Assembly: GCF_001642725.1 (NCBI RefSeq)
Contig: NZ_LSUQ01000002.1
Coordinates: 62,001-126,000 of the forward strand
DNA: 64,000 nt
Source: Ferroacidibacillus organovorans
Lineage (GTDB): Bacteria > Bacillota > Bacilli > Alicyclobacillales > SLC66
Direction: 5' to 3'
The position numbers and the translations under genes are program-made. Below are positions 50,787-59,796 of this stretch, in pieces. Below the pieces are notes generated by a model. It had not been told where the DNA came from, ran no database searches, and saw only the letters and a program-made list of their open reading frames with translations. Every line of letters begins with the position of its first letter. Position 1 is the first letter of the stretch.

Positions 50787-52547
50787 ATGCTTGATTTGAT
50801 CGTGACTGAACGTCTACGAAATGCTTCTTCCCAAATGCTTACTCTTTTGATTCAAACGGTCGATATGAACACACTGTTTGTGGCAATCAATGACACAAAA
50901 ATTAACCGAATCATCACGGTATACAATCGCTCAACAGAGCTTTTAAAAGAAGGATCGTCTCCTTTTATTGAAAGCTACTGCAGCCATGTATGCAAACAAG
51001 ATAAGAACGTTTTGATCATCCCTGATACAAAGGTCAATGCTTTAACAGCAAAAATGACCATCACGAAGGATCTTGGATCGACGACCTTTATTGGCGTACC
51101 AATTGCGTTGAAAGATGGTACTAAAGTGGGGACCGTATGTGGAATAACAAAGGAAATGCACCCGTTTAGTGACACAGAAATCAATGCTCTACACGTAGCG
51201 GCTACGTTTCTTGGATATGTTTTGGAATTAGAATATACAAATTATGTTGATGAGGTTACCGGTGCGTATACACGCAGATATTTACAAGTAGTATTTGACG
51301 AAAACGTCACTAAGCAGCCTTCGATCAGCCTCCTCTATTTCGATCTTGATAATTTCAAAATGATTAACGATCACTATGGACATGATTGGGGAGATGGTGT
51401 ATTACACTCCGTAGTCGCCCGGGTAAAGGGATTCCTCCAAAATAGGGGATTACTTTTTCGATTAGGCGGAGATGAATTTGCGGTTCTCTTGCTTGATTTT
51501 TCAACCTTTGAAGAGGTGATTCCATTTGCACACGATCTCCTTCATCAATTTGATTCTCCGTTCTCTGTCAGATCTTTAGAATTCTCGATAACTCCCAGTC
51601 TTGGTATTGCACAATATCCGTATTGCAGTAACAACCTAAAGGAACTTTTAGGGCATGCTGATCAGGCCATGTATGCTGCGAAAAAAGACGGGGGAAATAG
51701 GGTTCGGTGGTACAATCCTGAAGAAGAAACAAAGCTTCAGGAAAAACTGTTTTTGCAAACGCGTTTACGGGAAGCACTTGAAAATGATATGCTGGAACTT
51801 TTTTACCAACCGAAAATTCAGATTCAAAATGGATCGATTCGATCCATGGAAGCACTTGCAAGGTGGAAGGATCAAGACGGGCTATGGATTTCTCCGGAAC
51901 GTTTTATTCCAATTGCTGAAGAGAACGAACTAATCGGGATTTTGGGGAAATGGGTATTACGAACCGCTTGTCGGCAACAAATCGAGTGGATCAAAAAAGG
52001 GCATCCGCCAATTGTGGTCTCTGTAAATGTTTCTCCTAAGCAATTTCAAATCTGCAGTATGGTGCAGATTATTCGCGATGCCATTTCTGAAACAGGTATT
52101 GATCCGAGCCATTTAGCAATTGAAATTACCGAAGGTCTACTCGTAAAAAACTCCATAGACGTTGCCGAAGAACTTAGACAGATTCGATCCTTAGGTGTAA
52201 AGATCGCGATTGATGATTTTGGTAAGGGGTATTCCTCTTTGTCATACCTGCGGTTATTCGAACCAACACATTTGAAAATTGATCAGTCGTTCATCAAGGA
52301 TATGTTGGACGATACGGGACAAATGTGCATTGTATCCGGCATCATCAACCTTGCGCACAATTTGGGAATGAAAGTCGTTGCAGAAGGCGTGGAACGTTTG
52401 GAGCAATTGGTACGTCTCGCTGAGGAGGGTTGTGATTTAATCCAGGGATACCTTATATCTCCCCCTCTACCTGTACATGAAATCGAAAGAATATCGGAGT
52501 GGCACTGGCCGTTCCCTGAAAGCAAGTCACTCGGGAATGTAAGCTAA
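50787..52547 (+). CDS. GAF-GGDEF-EAL protein
   Basis: SYC, FIGVPI..GTVCG (GAF), RLGGDEF without RxxD, EALARW, DDFGKGYSS. Confidence 0.93.
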   Translation: MLDLIVTERLRNASSQMLTLLIQTVDMNTLFVAINDTKINRIITVYNRSTELLKEGSSPFIESYCSHVCKQDKNVLIIPDTKVNALTAKMTITKDLGSTTFIGVPIALKDGTKVGTVCGITKEMHPFSDTEINALHVAATFLGYVLELEYTNYVDEVTGAYTRRYLQVVFDENVTKQPSISLLYFDLDNFKMINDHYGHDWGDGVLHSVVARVKGFLQNRGLLFRLGGDEFAVLLLDFSTFEEVIPFAHDLLHQFDSPFSVRSLEFSITPSLGIAQYPYCSNNLKELLGHADQAMYAAKKDGGNRVRWYNPEEETKLQEKLFLQTRLREALENDMLELFYQPKIQIQNGSIRSMEALARWKDQDGLWISPERFIPIAEENELIGILGKWVLRTACRQQIEWIKKGHPPIVVSVNVSPKQFQICSMVQIIRDAISETGIDPSHLAIEITEGLLVKNSIDVAEELRQIRSLGVKIAIDDFGKGYSSLSYLRLFEPTHLKIDQSFIKDMLDDTGQMCIVSGIINLAHNLGMKVVAEGVERLEQLVRLAEEGCDLIQGYLISPPLPVHEIERISEWHWPFPESKSLGNVS

Positions 52548-52624
52548 TGCAATATTTTTAGCCACATTCGTAATAATCCGGTTTTTATACGGTATATCCT
52601 TTCGTCTTTTGCAAGTAATATCCG

Positions 52625-53186
52625 CAAATGTAAGGCTACCATAAACTCAAAGCATGATTATCCGATCCATGACAATCGGTTAATAAAACGTTTATTGTTG
52701 AACCTCCTGAACATGTGTACTTTTCAACGAAGGAAACTTGGTTATTTGTTGCGAGTGTGAGGAATTTGTACAGACGAAAAATTGTTGAATGATCTGCCGC
52801 GGATTAAGTGATGATAGAGCTTATGCTTCGGGCCCTCGATTAAGCGTATGCACAACAAAGTCCAAAAGAATCTGTTATGCACCCTTCGGAATGAGGAGCA
52901 GTACATGTAGAATATCAGAAAAGAATCGAGAAAATACAATATGTTGGGAAGCGTGAGATGCAAAGACACCAGATATGATAACGCGTGCATCGAATCATTT
53001 CATAACACACTAAAACACGAATGTGTATATTTAAACACAAGTCAAACCTGAAAAGTCGCCCATTAAATATTTTTAAAATACAAAAATATTTTTACAATCG
53101 TCAGTGAACATTTTCTACAATCGGCTATGCATTACCGAATTACGATGAGAAAGTAGACGCGTGACCATTGACCGTATTGAGATCCA
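52625..53186 (+). mobile_element. Degenerate IS3-family transposase remnant
   Basis: Fragments KATINSKHDYPIHDNRL, WLFVASVRNLYRRKIV, YDNACIESFHNTLKHECVY, FYNRQ*, STIGY with stops and frameshifts. Confidence 0.8.
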
Positions 53187-53362
53187 TCCATTTGTGCTCA
53201 TAATGAAGACTTTCGGATCGTAATTCATCGTGCAGAATCGGCAACACGAGCGATGATCCTCCGCTAGTGAGCATTAGATCTGGTGCGAAATCTTAAAGAT
53301 AACTATTGCAAGAGGTATGAATATTTAGTATTCTGTGATCAATAAATCAAAAAGTAAATCGA

Positions 53363-53427
53363 TTGGGCAACGGTGCCCAACACTCCCATTGTTCTCGGAT
53401 GATGGCTGTGTTGGGCGCTGTGCGTTG
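53363..53427 (+). promoter_or_regulatory. Candidate ANTAR-target hairpin overlapping an alternative terminator-like stem
   Basis: TTGGGC-AACGGT-GCCCAA (hexaloop with A1 and G4); 53371-53383 can instead pair with 53408-53420. Confidence 0.6.
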
Positions 53428-53554
53428 TATGGGAGTCTATTCGCACGCGCGATCGGTCGCGCAGTTCACACTCGCCTCGACTCTTCAATCATACCAGCGG
53501 CCGCTCAAGGCAACGACTCGGGACTCCGAATCTAACAGAAAGAGGGGAAAAAAC

Positions 53555-55105
53555 GTGGCGCGTGACTCAGTGGAGCAGTCGAGGCATGACGAGGAAATGC
53601 TTCACAAGCTCGGGTACAGGCAAGATCTGGCGCGGGCGATGGGTGGATTTTCGAACTTTGCGATCTCATTTACCATCATCAGTATTTTGTCAGGATGTCT
53701 CACACTATTTTCCTTCGGCCTGACCAGCTCTGGTACGACTGCCGCGTCCATCGGGTGGCCGATCGTAGCCCTATGTGTGATGCCGGTGGCCATATCTATG
53801 GCAGAAATCGCATCCGCCTACCCCACGGCCGGCGGCCTCTACTATTGGGCCAGTAAACTGGGTGGGCCGGCGTGGGGCTGGTTTACAGCTTGGTTCAACT
53901 TGATTGGGCAAGTGGCGATCACCGCCGGAATTGTCTACGGTCTCTCCATCTTCGTCGATGCGCTTATCAACCAGTTCGCACCCGGCTTCCCGGCCAGCGG
54001 CCATGCTGGTGCCATCGCTACACTCGTCATCTACGCCATCATTTTGCTCGTCGGTGCGTTCATCAACTTCGCAGGCGTCAACGTCGTCTCGACCCTAAAT
54101 TCCATTAGCGCCTGGTGGCATATGATTGGCGTGGTCATCATCGTTGCAGCCGTACTGTTCTTCGCACCGATCCATCCGCATCCTTGGCACTTCGCCTACG
54201 CGACGAATCAATCATCGAGCGGCTTCCCCAACTGGTATGGGTTCCTTATCGGTCTGTTACTCGCCCAATACACATTCACTGGCTATGACGCGTCGGCTCA
54301 CGTCTCCGAGGAGACCGTCGGTGCGGACAAGAATGCGCCCCGCGGAATCATCCTGTCGGTTGCCGTGTCTGCCATCGCAGGCTATGTACTCCTGATGGGT
54401 CTAGTCTTCGCGATACCGGACCTGACCAAAACCATGGCTTCTACGAATCCGGTTCTGTACATCTTGACCACGCGTCTTGGCGTGTCAATCGGAACCACAC
54501 TCTTTATCATCGCGCTGTGTGCCCAGTTCTTCTGCGGGACCGCATCGATTACCGCAAACTCTCGCATGATCTACGCCTTTGCGCGCGATCGCGGTATTCC
54601 CGGTTGGAAGAAGTGGAGCAAGATCAACAAGGAAAAACACGTCCCCACGAACGCCATTTGGCTCGCCGTCGTCTGCGCCTTCATTCTAGCCTTGCCAGCC
54701 CTGTTCAGTACCGTGATCTACGCAGCCGTCACTTCAATCGCCACGATTGGGCTCTACGTCGCCTACGTAACGCCGGTGTTTCTTCGCCGTATCCACCCGG
54801 AACGTATGCCCCAGGGTTCGTTTCAACTCGGCAAGTGGGGTGTGTTTCTGGGTTGGTGGTCTGTCGCTTGGGTCATCTTCATATGCATTCTATTCATGCT
54901 CCCAACCGTTGGACCGGTGACGCTGTCTAACTTCAACTTTACTCCGGTGGTTCTGCTCGTCGTATTTGCCTTCCTCGTCCCTTGGTGGTTCAGTAGCGTG
55001 AAAAACTGGTTCCACGGACCGATCCGAGAGATTGACGAGGAACCGACGGTCGCGACGAATCAGTTCCAATTGCGGATGGGTGACCCGTTGAAACTTGATG
55101 AATGA
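53555..55105 (+). CDS. Amino acid/amine permease (APC, ACT/GABA-permease-like)
   Basis: LGYRQDL, FSNFAISF, SAYPTAGGLYYW, GYDASAHVSEET; GTG 53555 after GAGGGG. Confidence 0.92.
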   Translation: MARDSVEQSRHDEEMLHKLGYRQDLARAMGGFSNFAISFTIISILSGCLTLFSFGLTSSGTTAASIGWPIVALCVMPVAISMAEIASAYPTAGGLYYWASKLGGPAWGWFTAWFNLIGQVAITAGIVYGLSIFVDALINQFAPGFPASGHAGAIATLVIYAIILLVGAFINFAGVNVVSTLNSISAWWHMIGVVIIVAAVLFFAPIHPHPWHFAYATNQSSSGFPNWYGFLIGLLLAQYTFTGYDASAHVSEETVGADKNAPRGIILSVAVSAIAGYVLLMGLVFAIPDLTKTMASTNPVLYILTTRLGVSIGTTLFIIALCAQFFCGTASITANSRMIYAFARDRGIPGWKKWSKINKEKHVPTNAIWLAVVCAFILALPALFSTVIYAAVTSIATIGLYVAYVTPVFLRRIHPERMPQGSFQLGKWGVFLGWWSVAWVIFICILFMLPTVGPVTLSNFNFTPVVLLVVFAFLVPWWFSSVKNWFHGPIREIDEEPTVATNQFQLRMGDPLKLDE

Positions 55106-55120
55106 GGAGGCAACGTAGAA

Positions 55121-56605
55121 ATGGGATCTATGCAACGGTCAACAAGTCCATTGAATCTATCGAATCTCGTAGATCGCAATGCGCATTTTATCGATGGAGA
55201 GTGGGTGACGTCGACAAGCGGCGCGCTCGACGTCATCAACCCCGCAAACGGTGAGATTGTTGGCCGCGTCCCGAACGGGGGCGCGGTGCAAGCCGGAAAA
55301 GCGATCGAAGCCGCCTATCGGGCACAGCGTGAATGGGCCGCCATGACACCTGCGGAACGGGCAGTCTACATGCATGCCTGGGCCGCGCGTATCCGTGACA
55401 ACGCTGTCGAACTCGCACGAATTCTCACAAGTGAGCAGGGCAAACCCCTGTCAGAGTCTCTCGAAGAGGCGGAAGGCGCGGCGCTGTTCATCGAGTGGTA
55501 TGCGGAGGAAGGCAAGCGAGCTTATGGGGAGACCATTCCAGCGCTCGCGCGTAATAAGCGAATTCTCGTGCTTCCGCAGCCCGTCGGCGTCACAGCCCTC
55601 ATCACGCCGTGGAATTACCCAGGAACGATGGTCGCGCGCAAGGGAGCTCCGGCGCTCGCCGCCGGCTGCACTGTCGTATTAAAGCCGGCCAGCCAGACGC
55701 CACTTACTGCCGTGGCACTCGTTGCACTTGCACAGGAGGCCGGCTTTCCTGCAGGGGTCATCAACCTGGTGACGGGAAAATCGAGCGAAATTGGTGAAGA
55801 ATTTATGACGAACGCGAAGGTGCGCAAGGTGTCGTTCACGGGATCAACCGAAATCGGCAAGCTGCTCATCCGCTCATCCGCAGAGCAGGTCAAGCGTCTG
55901 TCACTTGAACTCGGCGGAAACGCACCCTTCATCGTCTTTCCGGATGCCGACCTCGATGCTGCGGTTGCGGCCGCAGTCGGCAACAAGTTTGAAAACTGTG
56001 GACAGATGTGCAATGGAATCAATGTGATATACGTGCACAAGGATGTTGCGCAAAAATTCTCGAGGAAGGTGACGCAGAGAGTTGCTAACCTCAAGGTCGG
56101 TAGCGGTCTGGAAGAGGACGTGCAACTCGGACCCGTAATTGACCACCGAGCCGTGGCGTTCGTCGACGAATTGGTCCAAGATGCCGTGCAAAAGGGCGCC
56201 AAAGTAGAAATCGGAGGCGGCTGTCTGACCGAAACGCCGTACCAGAAAGGATCGTTTTACGCGCCCACAGTCCTGACTGGCGTGACGACGGAGATGCGGA
56301 TCGCGCAGGAGGAGGTATTCGGACCCGTCGCACCCATCGTCACTTTTTCGTCGGAGGAAGAAGTTCTCGCCATGGCAAATGCCACCCCGTTCGGACTCGC
56401 CGCCTATGTGTTCACCAAGGATGTCCGACGCGTATTCGAAGTATCTGAGCAGCTTGAATTCGGCATGGTCGGCGTCAACAGCGCCTCGCTTAGTGTACCT
56501 CAGGCGCCGTTCGGCGGAATCAAGCAGAGTGGTCAAGGCCGGGAAGGCGGCCATCACGGGCTCGAAGAGTTTATGGAGATTAAGTACATCTCGCTCACAC
56601 TTTGA
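55121..56605 (+). CDS. NAD(P)-dependent aldehyde dehydrogenase (GabD/SSADH-like)
   Basis: ITPWNYP, FTGSTEIG, LELGGNAP, GQMC, EEVFGP. Confidence 0.92.
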   Translation: MGSMQRSTSPLNLSNLVDRNAHFIDGEWVTSTSGALDVINPANGEIVGRVPNGGAVQAGKAIEAAYRAQREWAAMTPAERAVYMHAWAARIRDNAVELARILTSEQGKPLSESLEEAEGAALFIEWYAEEGKRAYGETIPALARNKRILVLPQPVGVTALITPWNYPGTMVARKGAPALAAGCTVVLKPASQTPLTAVALVALAQEAGFPAGVINLVTGKSSEIGEEFMTNAKVRKVSFTGSTEIGKLLIRSSAEQVKRLSLELGGNAPFIVFPDADLDAAVAAAVGNKFENCGQMCNGINVIYVHKDVAQKFSRKVTQRVANLKVGSGLEEDVQLGPVIDHRAVAFVDELVQDAVQKGAKVEIGGGCLTETPYQKGSFYAPTVLTGVTTEMRIAQEEVFGPVAPIVTFSSEEEVLAMANATPFGLAAYVFTKDVRRVFEVSEQLEFGMVGVNSASLSVPQAPFGGIKQSGQGREGGHHGLEEFMEIKYISLTL

Positions 56606-56628
56606 TAAATCGTGAAGGGGACGCAGCG

Positions 56629-58017
56629 ATGAGAACACAAAACAGCAGGAGCACCACAGCACTCGACCATCTCGTCGAGCAGATCCGCGCGGGCGCGATT
56701 GAAACGGTCATCGTCGCCTTCTGCGACATGCAAGGGAGACTTGTTGGAAAGCGCTTGACCGGGCAGTACACACTCGACCATGTCATTGAGGACGGTATAC
56801 ACTTCTGCGTGTACCTGCTTGGAACCGATATGGAGTTGAATACGCCGCCCGGTTTCCCGGACATGGGTTGGGGACAAGGATACGGCGACTGGACCGCACG
56901 CCCGGACTGGTCGACGGTACGCACGCTTCCGTGGCACGAAAAAACGGCACTTGTTCTATCAGACGTGACCGATCACGCAGGTAACCTCATCGCAGTCGCT
57001 CCTCGCACTGTTTTGCGGCGGCAACTTGAGCGTGCGGCGAATCTCGGCTTCACCGTGAAGATAGCGTCCGAACTCGAATTTTATTTATTGGATGAGTCGT
57101 ACGACGCGGCGCACGCGAAGAACTACCAAAGCCTTGCGCTCGCTGGCACCTATTACGAGGACTATCAGCTTCTGCAGGCATCGCGCAATGAACCATTCTA
57201 CGCAAAGCTCCGTAAGCAGCTCTCTTTGGCCGGGATTCCGATTGAAGGTACAAAGGGTGAAGCCGGAGTGGCCCAGCACGAGATCAACGCCTACTATACT
57301 GACGCGTTAGAGGCCGCCGATCGACATGTACTGCTCAAGCACGGCGCGAAGGAGATCGCGATTCAAAACGGCCGTGCCGTCTCCTTCATGGCTAAACCGG
57401 ATCACTCGTGGACGGGATCGAGCAGCCATATCCACTTGAGTCTGTGGGATCAAAAGGACGTCAACGCCTTCTTTGATTCATCGTCCGACCTGCACCAGAT
57501 GTCGGACATGATGCGTCACTTCCTCGCCGGCCTGATTGTTCATATTCGCGAACTATCGTTATTGTTCGCACCCTATGTGAATTCGTACAAGCGATTCATG
57601 ACAGCGAGTTGGGCTCCAACGCACATCGTCTGGGGCGTCGACAACCGCACCTGCGGGCTGCGCGTCGTCGGACACAGCAATGGCAAGCGCATCGAGAACC
57701 GCTTCCCGGGCGCGGACACGAACCCGTATCTCGCTACCGCCGCGATGTTGGTCGCTGGACTCGACGGAATCGAAAACCGAATCGCGTTGCCTCCAGAGTG
57801 GGTCGGCAACGGTTATGTGGCGCAAGATGTCCATGCCGAGTCTCTGCCGACCTCCCTGTACGAGGCCATCCGGGCGTTCGAAACGAGCGAGTTTGCGAAA
57901 AATGCACTCGGTGAGAACGTTTATCAACACTATCTAAATGCAGCACGCGTGGAACAACGTGCTTACGACCAGGTCGTCACGAACTGGGAGAAACGGCGCT
58001 ACTTTGAGCGGGTTTAG
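56629..58017 (+). CDS. Glutamine synthetase-like gamma-glutamyl-amine ligase (GlnA4-type)
   Basis: ETVIVAFCDMQGRLVGKR, GWGQGYGD, ELEFY, SFMAKP, HIHLSLW, DNRT, IENRFPGAD. Confidence 0.88.
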   Translation: MRTQNSRSTTALDHLVEQIRAGAIETVIVAFCDMQGRLVGKRLTGQYTLDHVIEDGIHFCVYLLGTDMELNTPPGFPDMGWGQGYGDWTARPDWSTVRTLPWHEKTALVLSDVTDHAGNLIAVAPRTVLRRQLERAANLGFTVKIASELEFYLLDESYDAAHAKNYQSLALAGTYYEDYQLLQASRNEPFYAKLRKQLSLAGIPIEGTKGEAGVAQHEINAYYTDALEAADRHVLLKHGAKEIAIQNGRAVSFMAKPDHSWTGSSSHIHLSLWDQKDVNAFFDSSSDLHQMSDMMRHFLAGLIVHIRELSLLFAPYVNSYKRFMTASWAPTHIVWGVDNRTCGLRVVGHSNGKRIENRFPGADTNPYLATAAMLVAGLDGIENRIALPPEWVGNGYVAQDVHAESLPTSLYEAIRAFETSEFAKNALGENVYQHYLNAARVEQRAYDQVVTNWEKRRYFERV

Positions 58018-58129
58018 TGTGCAGCAAAGAATATGGATGCGCTTCGACTGATTTGAATAGATGTCTTACAGCCAGCAGGCACTCTGAATTAAGAAGATCC
58101 TTTAAACAGAAAAAGGGAGGCAGCCGAAC

Positions 58130-58897
58130 ATGCGATTGAAAGATAAGGTATGTGTGATCACCGGTGCAGGTGGAGGCATGGGTCTCAAAGCCGCAGAGCG
58201 ATTCGCCGAGGAAGGGGGCCGGATCGCGATCTTCGAGATAAGCGAGGCGATCGGTCAGAAAGCGGAGGAGTCTATCCGCGCGCAGGGCGGCGACGCGAAG
58301 TTTTTCGCGTGTGACGTGTCGAATGAGGGGAGTGTTAAGGTCGCAGTCGCCGCCGCGGTCGAGACGTTTGGGCGACTGGACGTGCTTTATAACAATGCGG
58401 GAATCATGCCAGAAGCGGACCACTCCGTCCTCGATACGAGCGTCGAAATGTGGGATAAGGTCATGGCTGTCAACGTACGCAGCATCTTCCTGACCTGCAA
58501 GTACGTGATCCCGCACATGCTGGAGAAAAAATCAGGATCAATCATCAACATCGCATCCTTCGTCGCGATGGTCGGTTGCAGCGTGCCGCAAGACGCGTAC
58601 ACAGCATCGAAAGGCGCTGTGATCTCGCTGACCAAGTCACTCGCTATCCAATTCCGACCGCAGGGTGTGCGTTCGAACGCAATCTGCCCTGGCCCTATCG
58701 AGACACCTCTCATGACGGAGTGGCTGCTAAAGGACGAAGAGGCCAAGCGAATCCGTCTGAACCGCCAGCCAAGCGGGCGCTTTGGCCGACCGGAAGATAT
58801 CGTCAACTGCGCGCTTTACCTCGCATCGGACGAGTCGGATTGGACAAATGGCGCGGTCATGGTCGTCGACGGCGGCATCACGAGCAACTATTTCTAG
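58130..58897 (+). CDS. SDR oxidoreductase
   Basis: TGAGGGMG, NNAG, ASFVAMVG..PQDAYTASKGAV, CPGPIETPL. Confidence 0.92.
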   Translation: MRLKDKVCVITGAGGGMGLKAAERFAEEGGRIAIFEISEAIGQKAEESIRAQGGDAKFFACDVSNEGSVKVAVAAAVETFGRLDVLYNNAGIMPEADHSVLDTSVEMWDKVMAVNVRSIFLTCKYVIPHMLEKKSGSIINIASFVAMVGCSVPQDAYTASKGAVISLTKSLAIQFRPQGVRSNAICPGPIETPLMTEWLLKDEEAKRIRLNRQPSGRFGRPEDIVNCALYLASDESDWTNGAVMVVDGGITSNYF

Positions 58898-59094
58898 CAA
58901 AGCTGAAAAGTAGCGCCGTTGGCACTCTACGCTCCCGAAAAGTCAATAGGAACGCTTACACATTTGCCACTAAATTAAACTTCCGGACCTATGAGGCTGC
59001 TCTAACAAGAAACCGTCGAAATTCCGATTAATATATTCAAAATTAACAGCGATTTAATGCTGAGAGACGATCTAACTCTAAGGAGGATCGAGAG

Positions 59095-59796
59095 ATGAAC
59101 CCTAAAGCCCGTATCCTACTAGTGGATGACGAGTCGATCGTTCGCATGGATATGCGTGAAATGCTAATGCTTGAGGGCTACGACGTTGTTGCTGAGGCGT
59201 CGAATGGCGAAACTGCCATTGAGCAGACGCTGCGCCATCAGCCGGACCTCATTGTGATGGACATTAAGATGCCGAAAATGGACGGCATCACCGCTAGCCG
59301 CATCATCGATCAAACGTGGCGCATCCCCATCCTCTTGCTTACAGCATACAACCAGTCGCAGCTTATTGATGATGCAAAGGAAGCCGGGATTTTCGGATAC
59401 TTGGTCAAGCCGATCACAGAGTTGGACCTCGCCCCGGCGATTGAAATAGCCCTCGCCCAAGCTGAGCGCCTAAGGCGGCTCATTAATGAGAAGTCAGAAC
59501 TCGAGGAGCGATTGAAGGAGCGTAAGCTGATCGAGCGGGCGAAAGGTGTGCTGATGGATCACAGCGGGAGCACGGAGGCTGAAGCCTATCAATGCATGCG
59601 CTCTCAAGCGATGAATCGGCAGGCATCACTCGCAGTGGTTGCAAAAAAGATTCTCGCTGAACACCAGCGGACGGATGCACGACGCGCATCATCCGCGCCG
59701 ATGGCGACAATGTCAGTCCCTGCGAACCGAGAACCTTCAGGACTCAACACTTTCATCAATTCCATCTTGGAAGGTGAGTTCCATGGAGAGCGTTGA
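59095..59796 (+). CDS. ANTAR-domain response regulator (EutV/PdtaR-like)
   Basis: Receiver (VDDE, MDIKMP, YLVKP) plus ANTAR ERKLIERAKGVLM...EAEAY..MR..AM. Confidence 0.94.
   Translation: MNPKARILLVDDESIVRMDMREMLMLEGYDVVAEASNGETAIEQTLRHQPDLIVMDIKMPKMDGITASRIIDQTWRIPILLLTAYNQSQLIDDAKEAGIFGYLVKPITELDLAPAIEIALAQAERLRRLINEKSELEERLKERKLIERAKGVLMDHSGSTEAEAYQCMRSQAMNRQASLAVVAKKILAEHQRTDARRASSAPMATMSVPANREPSGLNTFINSILEGEFHGER

Noticed and set aside
53363..53554. ORF-track N-terminal extension of the permease
   Set aside because: Non-homologous sequence overlapping the structured leader; good RBS before GTG 53555
58898..59094. ANTAR hairpins before the response regulator
   Set aside because: No convincing stem with an A1/G4 hexaloop found
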